From: Nitrososphaerota archaeon
GTDB taxonomy: Archaea > Thermoproteota > Nitrososphaeria > Nitrososphaerales > Gagatemarchaeaceae
DNA length: 34,662 nucleotides
NCBI GenBank assembly: GCA_005877185.1
Contig: VBPQ01000028.1
Coordinates: forward strand, 1-34,662
Reading direction: 5' to 3'
The translations under genes and the position numbers were made by a program. Positions 18,186-26,242 of the stretch are shown here, piece after piece. The notes beneath the pieces are model-generated. The model did no database searches. It worked only from the letters and a program-made list of their open reading frames with translations, and was not told the origin of the DNA. The stretch's first letter is position 1; each line of letters begins with the position of its first letter.

Positions 18186-18434
18186 AACGCCGCCGAGTAC
18201 AAGGGCGATTATTACGAGGAGTTTCACCTTGCGCGCCTCTCTTTCGGTGTCTCTCAAGATCAGTATGTCCGCGAGCTTGATCGGACCCTTCACGTTCCTC
18301 GTGAGGATCCTTCCCTTCTCCTTCCCCTCGAGCAGCTTTACCCTAACCTGAGTTATCTCCCCCGCCACGCCAGTCCTGCTCACTATCTGGACGACCTCAG
18401 CGGATGTGAGCGCCTCAACCTCTCGCTTGCTCAC
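18156..18434 (-). CDS. rps28e: 30S ribosomal protein S28e with a 21-aa hydrophobic C-terminal extension
   Basis: [26 protein letters not shown], followed by [21 protein letters not shown]. Confidence 0.95.
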   Translation of the reverse strand: MSKREVEALTSAEVVQIVSRTGVAGEITQVRVKLLEGKEKGRILTRNVKGPIKLADILILRDTEREARKVKLLVIIALVLGGVLANVLSATI

Positions 18435-18811
18435 GCGGCCTTCTTCAACCTCGTCAGCTCTTGGGTGACCTGCTCGAGTATCTGCGACCCCTCCCCGGCC
18501 TCGATGACGGCCGCTGCGGCCGTGGGGACGTCGATCCCGATCGCTGGGCCAATCTGCGCCCTCGAGGGCACGAAGACGTAAGGAATCTTCTTCTCTTCAC
18601 AGATGATCGGGAGGTGGGCGACAACCTCGGGGGGCTGGACGTCCTCGGCGATGACGACGAGTTTCGCCATCCCTCTCTCTATCGCCTTCGTCGACTCGTT
18701 CGTGCCCTTCCTCACTTTACCCGTTCTCGAGGCTTGCCTCAGTACCTCGTAGGATGCCTCGGCAACTTCCTTAGGCGTCTCGAACTTTACGTAGTACGGC
18801 TTGGGGGTCAT
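18431..18811 (-). CDS. rpl7ae: 50S ribosomal protein L7Ae
   Basis: [42 protein letters not shown] at 18811. Confidence 0.97.
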   Translation of the reverse strand: MTPKPYYVKFETPKEVAEASYEVLRQASRTGKVRKGTNESTKAIERGMAKLVVIAEDVQPPEVVAHLPIICEEKKIPYVFVPSRAQIGPAIGIDVPTAAAAVIEAGEGSQILEQVTQELTRLKKAA

Positions 18812-18869
18812 CTTGAAAATCGCCCAATGACAGCCTGACACCTCAGATACTTAAGGGTTGGCGGTCAGC

Positions 18870-19996
18870 GGCTCTGTAGAAACCCTCTTCTCAGAAATTC
18901 GGTCTGACTGAGGTCCTATTCGTAGAACGCTCAAGATTCTTTCAGATGGCACGTTTTGCCATCGTCCGCTGGCTCAACACCCCTGGTTGGAATGACAGGG
19001 AAGAAGAACCGGAAGGACGATGACGAACAGAAGAGACGGGAGAGCAGGTACATAAGGATGGTCAGGGCAGTCTTCAAGGTCTGTCAGAGGCAGTGCATCC
19101 CGCTCTACTCCAGCAAGTTCTCTAGGAAGGATTACACACTCTGGCAGCACATCGCCCTCCTCGTCCTATGGCAGAGGATTAGGAAGTCGTACAGGGAGTA
19201 CGTGGACGACTTCCTCACGGTGGCAGACAGGCTCGTCGCAGCCCTCGGCTTGGCCAAGCTTCCACACTTCACCACGATAGAGAAGTTCGTCCTGAGGGTC
19301 CCGTCGACACTCCTCGAGAGGGTGATGGGAGGGTTCGTCCTCCTGACCAGGATCAGGGGGCAGGTCTTCTCCCCAGACTCCTCCGGGTTCTCACCCAATC
19401 ACGTCTCCAGATACTATGCCCTCAGAATCAAGAGGGACGTCCTCTCGTCGATGAAGAGGCAGGTGAGGCAGAAGGAGAGGTGCGAGAGGAGATGACGAAG
19501 AGAAGGACGAGGCGCTTCCTGAAGCTGACCATCGGTGTGGAGCTGAGGACCCAGCTTGTCACCTCGATCAAGCTCAGGAGAGGCCCTGCCAATGACAACA
19601 GGGATTTCGAGCCCGTGGTGAGGAAGGGTCACTCGGTCAAGCCAATCAAGGTCGGCATCGGGGACAAGGGCTACGACGACGAGGACAACCACGAGCTCCT
19701 GAGGGACGAGCTCGGTGCGATGTCCATAATCCCTGCGAGGTATGAGAACGTCCCCATCTGGAGGACGAGGGGGCGCTACAGGAAGGAGATGAAGAGAGGA
19801 TACTCGAAGAAGACGTACCACCAGAGGTCCAAGGACGAGACGGTCTTCTCCGTTGCGAAGAGGACCATGGGGGAAGAGGTGAGGTCTGTCAGGGTGAAGG
19901 CGCAGAACAATGAGATGAGGTTCAGGGTGATAGCCTACAATGCGTCAAGGACAGTGAGCCTGGCCTATTCTTTAGTCAGAGGGTTTCTACAGAGCC
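18870..19996 (+). mobile_element. IS5-family (IS903-group-like) insertion sequence, 1127 bp
   Basis: Perfect 19-bp TIRs GGCTCTGTAGAAACCCTCT (18870-18888 / 19978-19996), flanked by the 8-bp TSD CGGTCAGC (18862-18869 / 19997-20004). Encodes a DDE transposase. Family assignment is by inference. Confidence 0.9.
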
Positions 19997-20025
19997 CGGT
20001 CAGCAACCGGCCTCTATTATCCTGA
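18992..20025 (+). CDS. DDE transposase split over two frames (ORF A ends 19495; ORF B 19480/19492-20025); possibly a pseudogene
   Basis: PHFTTI and SPDSSGF (D1) in ORF A. GDKGYD (D2) and YHQRSKDETVFSVAKR (E) in ORF B. Frames are offset by -1. Confidence 0.8.
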
Positions 20026-20180
20026 AATTGGTTCACCCCCTAGCAACAGGTCAGCAACCGGCCCGGGAGCCCTACGCCTGAGTCCCTACCCGCGACATCG
20101 TTCCTGACCGACGTAAAGGGACTTGCTTTGCGGGGCGGAAGCAGCTTCGAGCCACCGAACAGAAAGACCTGGTCTCTCCG

Positions 20181-21911
20181 TCATCTGTGCGCCAGTACGC
20201 AGGTGTCCCGCGCATCGACCCTGCAGAACCCGTACCTCATGAACTGGATGATCTGCCCCATTTTGAGGTCGCTGAACGACTCCTCCACGAGCCCCTTCGT
20301 GGTGACGAGGCTCTTCCTGTTCACCGAGCCGTCCTCGTTGTAGAGGGGGCCGGGCTCGAGAACCTTGAGCTTCGTCTTCAGGTCCGTGACCCACTGGATC
20401 TTGGGTGTATCATGAATCACCTCCTCGCTGTGGAATTGAGCTGTTATCAGGTTGGTCTTCTTCCCGAGTACCTGAACGTTGTACAGCTCGATTAGCCGAA
20501 GGACCGTCCCCGCTTTTGCGGCAAGCGCGTCTCGCTTCGGGACGAAGAAGAACCCCGAGGTCTGGATCGTCCTGCTCCCCAGATCCTTCTCGGGGTGATA
20601 CGGGATTCTCGCCCTCTTTGAGGGGGCGTCTTTCACGTGGAGGGCGATGGGGTCTGGGACGAACATCAACCTCTTCGAAAGCGGGTCGAGAAGCTTTCTG
20701 TTCACGGCGAAGAGGAGGGACCAGTCGTACTCGTGCTCGGTCTTCGTGTAACCGACCTGAAGGGTGAACTGCTTGATCGATTCTGGCAGGATTCCCCTCC
20801 TCTTGACACCCTCGACCGTGGGCATCCTCGGATCGTCCCATCCGCTGACGAGCTTCTTCTCGACGAGGGGGCGGAGGAGCCTCTTCGAGACAGGCGTCCC
20901 CTTGAAGTTGAACCTGGAGAACTGGAGGACGGTGACGGGTCGGAAGGAGAGGAACCCCCTCATCAGCTCTTGAAGCGCGAGATGAAACTCCGAGCTGCGG
21001 AGGACGTGAGTTATCTTGCAGAGCTCGTCCTCGACCACGACCTCGAAGTCGTACGTGGGCCAGACCGAATACCTCGAACCAGTCAGGGGGTGGGGGTGCT
21101 CTATCACCCTGAAGATGTTTGGGTCTCTCAGGGAGTAGTCGAGGCTCGTCATATCTCCCCTCAGTCTTATTACGTACTCCCCCTCCCCGTACTTCTTCGA
21201 GATCATCCCGTTCCAGATCTCCAGGTTCTTCTCGAAAGACTGTTCCCTGTGCTCGCAGGCCGTCCCCGAGAACCTGAGCTTCTTCACCTTCGCCTCGTCG
21301 CATCCGCAGGCGTACGCGTTCCCCTCCGAGAGAAGCGTCTGCCCGTACTCGTAGAGTATCTCCAGGTCGCTCGAGACGCTCTTCTCGTAGTCCCACTTTA
21401 TCCCGAGCCACCGGCTCCCCTCCCTGAAACTCTCGTAGTAGCGGGTTTCGACCTTCCTCGGGTTGGTGTCCTCGAAGCGGAGCCAGAGCTTCCCGTCGTA
21501 TTTCTCGGCATAGACCGAGTTGATCATGAAGGCCATCCCGTGCCCTATATGCATGAACCCCGACGGCTCCGGCGGCAGCCTGAAGGCGAGCGCCCCCTTC
21601 ACGTTGGGAAGTGGGGGAAGCCCGACTCGCCCCTCCTCCCTCTCCCTGGGCGCAACATCGGCTTCTGGGTATCTCTCGCGGAGAAGCGCCCGCAGGTTCT
21701 CGACTGTCATCGCGTTCACCTCTTTCACCCTCTCCTCGACCGCCCGCGCGACCTCCTTCGCGCTGGCGCGCAGCTCGGGATACTCCCCGATCACCTTGCT
21801 CATGACCGCGCCGACCTCGGCTTTGCCGTCGTGGCGAAGAGCGTTGAGCAGGGCGTTTCTCTCGACGGATGCGACGACGTTTTCCGAGAGGCCGTCTTCT
21901 CTGGTTACCAC
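20181..21911 (-). CDS. gltX: Glutamyl-tRNA synthetase (archaeal type)
   Basis: PPEPSGFMHIGH, RFEDTNP, WPTYDF, ITHVLR, VSKR, GWDDPRMPT, QFMRYGFCRVD. GTG 21911 overlaps the upstream stop. The supplied 750-aa ORF is over-extended. Confidence 0.96.
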   Translation of the reverse strand: MVTREDGLSENVVASVERNALLNALRHDGKAEVGAVMSKVIGEYPELRASAKEVARAVEERVKEVNAMTVENLRALLRERYPEADVAPREREEGRVGLPPLPNVKGALAFRLPPEPSGFMHIGHGMAFMINSVYAEKYDGKLWLRFEDTNPRKVETRYYESFREGSRWLGIKWDYEKSVSSDLEILYEYGQTLLSEGNAYACGCDEAKVKKLRFSGTACEHREQSFEKNLEIWNGMISKKYGEGEYVIRLRGDMTSLDYSLRDPNIFRVIEHPHPLTGSRYSVWPTYDFEVVVEDELCKITHVLRSSEFHLALQELMRGFLSFRPVTVLQFSRFNFKGTPVSKRLLRPLVEKKLVSGWDDPRMPTVEGVKRRGILPESIKQFTLQVGYTKTEHEYDWSLLFAVNRKLLDPLSKRLMFVPDPIALHVKDAPSKRARIPYHPEKDLGSRTIQTSGFFFVPKRDALAAKAGTVLRLIELYNVQVLGKKTNLITAQFHSEEVIHDTPKIQWVTDLKTKLKVLEPGPLYNEDGSVNRKSLVTTKGLVEESFSDLKMGQIIQFMRYGFCRVDARDTCVLAHR

Positions 21912-22978
21912 TGCCGCTCGACCGAATACCTTGCGACTCGCGCCAGGAGTTCGACCGACTCTTTCTCCCCCTTCCACTCTACCGTGCCGAGGACCTCGAG
22001 CGCCTCCCCGAGAAGGTGGGATGCCTTCTCCTGCGAGTACCTGATCGCCCCGTGTTTCTTCATCAGCGAGATGACATAACGGACGTCTTCGGCTGTCTTT
22101 CGATTCCTGCTCTTGCCCATTATCTTCAGAACCTTCTCCCTCTCTCCGCTCTCCGCAACCTCGAGCAACCTGAGAAGTATCAGCGTCCTCTTTCCTTCGA
22201 GTATGTCGTCGGAAGTCTCCTTCCCGTACTTCTCGGCGTCGCCCACCAGGTTGAGGGCATCGTCTTGTATCTGGAAGGCCATCCCGAGTTTGGTCCCGAA
22301 CTCGAGGAGCTTCTTCAGCTCCCCCTCCCCCGCCCCGGCTACGATCGCTCCGAGCCTGCAGGGGCTCGTCACTGTGTACCAGGCGGTCTTCCTGGTAACC
22401 ATCTTGAGGTAGTCGGACTCGTTGAGCCCCCACTTGTTCTCGACCACCCAGACAAGCTCCATGTGCTGCCCCTCCGTGGTCTCGTTGACCATCCTCGAGA
22501 ATTCGTCGAGTATCCTGAGCGTCCTCTCCTCTCCGAGGAGCTTCCTGTTCCTAAGAAGGAAGCCCCACATCCTGGCGTGAAGGGCGTCGCCCGCGTTGAT
22601 CGCGAGCCCCTCGTCGTACTTCCTGTGAAGGGTAGGCTCTCCTCTTCGCAGCTCGGAGCTGTCCTCGATGTCGTCGTGGATAAGGATCCAGTTTTGAAAG
22701 AGCTCAATGCATGCGGCGGTGAGGAGGCAGTCGCTCTCCTCCCCCCCGAATGCCTTGCAGGTGCTTACGCAAAAGAAGGGGCGGAGTCCCTTCCCCTTCC
22801 GCTGGGGGTAGTCCCTCATCATCCTGTAGAGGAGGTCGACCTCCTTCAGCGGGCTCGAAGAGGGGAGGAGCTGGTTGAGGATGACGTAGTCGACCCTTGA
22901 CTTGACCCTCCCGACCTCATCGAGGAGGGAGGGCGTCCCTGATTTCGAGTCGCTCGTGAAACCTGTGTGCTGGGTCAT
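21905..22978 (-). CDS. Polyprenyl (geranylgeranyl) diphosphate synthase
   Basis: GKGLRP, HDDIEDSSELRRG, GQ, KTA, AFQIQDDALN, DILEGKRT. Confidence 0.93.
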   Translation of the reverse strand: MTQHTGFTSDSKSGTPSLLDEVGRVKSRVDYVILNQLLPSSSPLKEVDLLYRMMRDYPQRKGKGLRPFFCVSTCKAFGGEESDCLLTAACIELFQNWILIHDDIEDSSELRRGEPTLHRKYDEGLAINAGDALHARMWGFLLRNRKLLGEERTLRILDEFSRMVNETTEGQHMELVWVVENKWGLNESDYLKMVTRKTAWYTVTSPCRLGAIVAGAGEGELKKLLEFGTKLGMAFQIQDDALNLVGDAEKYGKETSDDILEGKRTLILLRLLEVAESGEREKVLKIMGKSRNRKTAEDVRYVISLMKKHGAIRYSQEKASHLLGEALEVLGTVEWKGEKESVELLARVARYSVERQW

Positions 22979-23733
22979 ACTGCCACCATCGTGCCGTAGA
23001 AGTCAAGCCCCCTCAAGGCTTTCGCGAATTCAGCTCTCCTAAAACCGGAGACAAAACTTACGCTCGTCCCCAGAGAAGCGATCTTCCCCGCGACCTGAAG
23101 CTTGAGCTTCATACCTCCAGTCGCATCGTCTCCAAGGTCCACCTTAAGTTTGCTCATCTGGGAGGCTGATATCGTCCGGAGGAGGTTCCCCGCCTTCTCC
23201 TTCTCCCTGCCTCGATAGACTCCGTCGACATCCAACGCGAAGACACAGCGGACCGGCCTCAGGACCTTGGCCAACTCGTGCATGATCGTGTCACCTGAAA
23301 GGATCCTAAAGCCTCTCGGATATGAGGAGACGTCGCCGAAGGTGACGGGGGAGAGCCCCGAGGAGAGGAGGTTCCTGAGCCAGGACCTCGCGTGCTCCCC
23401 GTCGGAACTCACGAGTAGGTCGAAGGGAGCGAAGGGGTAGGTCTCGACGCCCGCCCCCATCAAGGCTCTGCACACCAGTTGATTGAGCGCGTACATGGCG
23501 TCTCGGGTCTTGCTCACCCCTTCCCCTCCTCTCGAGTAGGCTCCCGAGGTGAGGCCGTACTCCTTCGCGACCGGGTGACCGAATGAGCCGCCGCCGTGGA
23601 CGAGGACGACTCGTTCGTGAGACGCGGCTATCTCCTCTCCCAGAGCCGATACCACTTCCGCTCTGAATGAGAAAGGCTTAGTCTTGTCGGTAATCACAGA
23701 CCCGCCGAGCTTCGCGAGAGTTACCGGAGCCAA
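22975..23733 (-). CDS. ipk: Isopentenyl phosphate kinase
   Basis: KLGGSVITDK, HGGGSFGH, LSGD, DATGGM. Follows mvk. Confidence 0.93.
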   Translation of the reverse strand: MAPVTLAKLGGSVITDKTKPFSFRAEVVSALGEEIAASHERVVLVHGGGSFGHPVAKEYGLTSGAYSRGGEGVSKTRDAMYALNQLVCRALMGAGVETYPFAPFDLLVSSDGEHARSWLRNLLSSGLSPVTFGDVSSYPRGFRILSGDTIMHELAKVLRPVRCVFALDVDGVYRGREKEKAGNLLRTISASQMSKLKVDLGDDATGGMKLKLQVAGKIASLGTSVSFVSGFRRAEFAKALRGLDFYGTMVAV

Positions 23734-24653
23734 CTCTTTACACCCTCGGTGGGCACGTTTGTCTGGAAGGATTCGTATCCCCTCGACTTCAGCTCCGCGA
23801 TGAGGGCGTCGGTGCTCCCCTCCCTCGGGATGGCGAAGACGCTACCCCCTCCTCCGGCCCCGGTCAGCTTAGCGCCGTAGCAGCCGAGCGCGAGGAGGAG
23901 GTCGACCAACCTATCGAGGTTCGGGGTCGAAGCACCCACCGTCGAGAGTACCGCGTGGCTGTAGGTCAGGAGCCTCCCCAACTCCTGCATATCCCCGTTG
24001 ACGAGCCTCGTCTCGGCGAGCTCAGAGATGAAGGAGGCGGAGTTGGCCAGCCCCGCGAAGAGCCCGGGATACTTCACTTTCATCCGCGAGACCCTGTCGA
24101 TGAGAGTCTTCGTGCTCCTCTTCGTCCCCGACTGGACGATGAGGAATCTGCGCGAGCCGGCGAACCTGACCTTCCTAGCTTCCTCCCCCATCTTGTACAT
24201 GATGACGCCACCCGTCGCACAGATGTTGACGTCAATCCCAGAGGCTCTGCCATGAATCGCAGTCTCCCCCGTCATCGCGTAGCGCGATATCTCGCTCGTG
24301 GCGAGCTCGATTCCTTTCAGCTTCGTGAGGGCCGATGCGACGGCCACCATCGTCGCGGCGGACGACCCCAGCCCGGAACTCTCTGGAACCTGGGAGGTTA
24401 TCCGGATGAGAACCCTCGGACTGAAGCGTAACTCCTCAGATAGCTTCGTCACGACCCTCGCGACGGGGGCGAGTCTCTTCCCCGATGATCCACTCGATCG
24501 TTGTCCGTCGGACTCGATGACCAGTTCCTCCGCCTCGCTCGCCTCGACCTTGACCCTTCTCTCGACGGCCGCGGCGAGCGCCCAGGCCCCGTGAACGACG
24601 AAGTGTTCGCCCGTGATGATGGCCTTGCACGGTGCGTCCGCAACAGCCTTCAA
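23721..24653 (-). CDS. mvk: Mevalonate kinase
   Basis: GEHFVVHG, PESSGLGSSAA, HGRASGID, GAKLTGAGGGG. Confidence 0.94.
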   Translation of the reverse strand: MKAVADAPCKAIITGEHFVVHGAWALAAAVERRVKVEASEAEELVIESDGQRSSGSSGKRLAPVARVVTKLSEELRFSPRVLIRITSQVPESSGLGSSAATMVAVASALTKLKGIELATSEISRYAMTGETAIHGRASGIDVNICATGGVIMYKMGEEARKVRFAGSRRFLIVQSGTKRSTKTLIDRVSRMKVKYPGLFAGLANSASFISELAETRLVNGDMQELGRLLTYSHAVLSTVGASTPNLDRLVDLLLALGCYGAKLTGAGGGGSVFAIPREGSTDALIAELKSRGYESFQTNVPTEGVKSWLR

Positions 24654-24656
24654 TGT

Positions 24657-25499
24657 CTAGACGAATCTCAAGGATGCGTACCCGACAACTTCGTTCATAT
24701 CCCTTGTGGTCTCTCCGCTATTCGAGTACTTCAGAAGCTCACCTTTCTTGAACCCGAGCTTCTTGCACGCCTGGATGACCGAGGCGATCGCGCCGTAGCC
24801 GCAGGCCGTCACGTTCAACCTCTCGAGAGTTCCGTAGAAACCCTCCAGGTCTAGCCCCTCCACCTTCTCGAGGAGCTGCGAATCCTTCGACCTGGCCTGC
24901 TCCGCCGCCTCGTAATGGGTGAGGTCTGAGGAGGCGATCAGGACGGCGTCCCTCCCATCAAGAAGGGTTGCTATCCCGTCCCCGAGCGTTCGGGCTGTCT
25001 CTATGTCCTGAAACGCCAGGGAGATGGGAAGCAGTGAGAGACTCTCCCCGTATATGAGCTGAAGGAATGGGAGCTGCACTTCGATGGAGTGCTCCATCTT
25101 GTGGGCGGAGGAGTCGTAGTCGACTATCCCCGTCGACTCCACGATCTTCCTCGCCGCCTCCTCGTCGACTGGAACTCGGCCGAGGGGTGTCTCCCACGAT
25201 CCCTCCCTGAAGGTCGCGACGCCGCTCCCCACCCCGTAGTGATTCGGCCCGACAATGACGACAAGTTCCGGCTTGCGAAGCGAGGAGACGTGCAGGTACG
25301 TGTGAGCCGCGACAGGTCCCGAGTAGGCGTAGCCAGCGTGGGGAGAGAGGCAGGGGACGACACCACTCGAGAGGTACTCAGGGGGCGTTTCGCTCCCCGG
25401 GCCGAGCCTGTGGAGGTAGGAGGCCGTGATGAGCTCCTTCAGCTCTCGAGCGTCCGCTGGGTAGAAGGCCCCCGCGACGGCGGGTCTCCTCGCCTGCAT
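24657..25499 (-). CDS. MEMO1 family (AmmeMemoRadiSam protein B)
   Basis: RRPAVAGAFYP, PHAGYAYSG, GPNH, EHSIEVQLPFLQ, SSDLTHY, CGYG, VVGYAS. Confidence 0.93.
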   Translation of the reverse strand: MQARRPAVAGAFYPADARELKELITASYLHRLGPGSETPPEYLSSGVVPCLSPHAGYAYSGPVAAHTYLHVSSLRKPELVVIVGPNHYGVGSGVATFREGSWETPLGRVPVDEEAARKIVESTGIVDYDSSAHKMEHSIEVQLPFLQLIYGESLSLLPISLAFQDIETARTLGDGIATLLDGRDAVLIASSDLTHYEAAEQARSKDSQLLEKVEGLDLEGFYGTLERLNVTACGYGAIASVIQACKKLGFKKGELLKYSNSGETTRDMNEVVGYASLRFV

Positions 25500-25519
25500 G
25501 TGCAGCGAGTCTCCTCGTC

Positions 25520-25531
25520 TCTTAATTAAGA
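25520..25531. promoter_or_regulatory. Perfect palindrome TCTTAATTAAGA; TATA-like element upstream of MEMO1
   Basis: 12-bp palindrome about 21-32 nt upstream of ATG 25499. Confidence 0.45.
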
Positions 25532-25567
25532 ATCGTCCGTCCGTCACTCACTCGCTCACTCACTCAG

Positions 25568-26239
25568 TCACTCGGCTTCGGTCTCGACCTGCTCTTCCTC
25601 GATGAGCTTCGTTTCGAAGTCCTCAATCGCGTACTTCATCGGCTGGTCAGGGGAGAGCAACCCCGCGTGGGTGAGGACGGCGTGGGCGAGCAGCCAGAAA
25701 ATCGCGGCGATCGCCTTTCGACCCCTGTTGTTTCCGGGGATTACCAGGTCGATATCGTCCGTCACGTTGTCGGTGTCGCAGACGGCGATCACGGGTATGC
25801 CGAGTTTCCCCGCCTCGACGACTGCCTGGGCATCGGAGAGCGGGTCGGCGACTAAGACGAGCTCAGCGTCGATGTGGCCCGGGTAGAGGGGGTTGGTGAA
25901 GGTACCAGGCATGAACCGCCCTACCTGCGGAATCGCGCCTGTCAGCTCGCAGAACTTCTCGACGGCGTTCGCCCCGTAGTCCTTGCTCGTGTAGACTACG
26001 GTGTTCTGGGGGCCGGTGAAGGCGATGAACTTTCCAGCGATGTCTATCCTCTGCAGGGTCTTGGAGTAGTCAATCATGTGAAGGCCGTCGGGGCGCGGGC
26101 GTGTCGTGAAGGATTCCATCGTCTTCGTCCTGACGGGAGTTCCTATCCTGATGCCCGTGGCTAGAAGAGCCTTCTCCGAAAGCTGAGCTATGACCATCTT
26201 CTCGGCGGACCCGGACTCGTCCTCCTCGTACTGAGACAA
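25568..26239 (-). CDS. rps2: 30S ribosomal protein S2
   Basis: GIRIGT, RPDGL, GRFMPGTFTNP, CDTDN, IPGNNRGRK. Confidence 0.97.
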   Translation of the reverse strand: MSQYEEDESGSAEKMVIAQLSEKALLATGIRIGTPVRTKTMESFTTRPRPDGLHMIDYSKTLQRIDIAGKFIAFTGPQNTVVYTSKDYGANAVEKFCELTGAIPQVGRFMPGTFTNPLYPGHIDAELVLVADPLSDAQAVVEAGKLGIPVIAVCDTDNVTDDIDLVIPGNNRGRKAIAAIFWLLAHAVLTHAGLLSPDQPMKYAIEDFETKLIEEEQVETEAE

Positions 26240-26242
26240 CCC

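Noticed and set aside
18159..18228. 63-nt mini-intron (GGUG/CACC helix) that would remove the S28e tail
   Set aside because: The flanking helices do not pair well, so it is too weak to call separately.
21912..22433. 174-aa N-terminal extension of GluRS in the ORF track
   Set aside because: Overlaps the GGPS gene in another frame. GTG 21911 gives a normal-length enzyme.
20637..22900. Long plus-strand ORFs (480 aa and 343 aa) and similar ones at 15135-16190, 26381-27112 and 32812-33744
   Set aside because: Antisense shadows of well-supported genes in GC-rich DNA, with no motifs.
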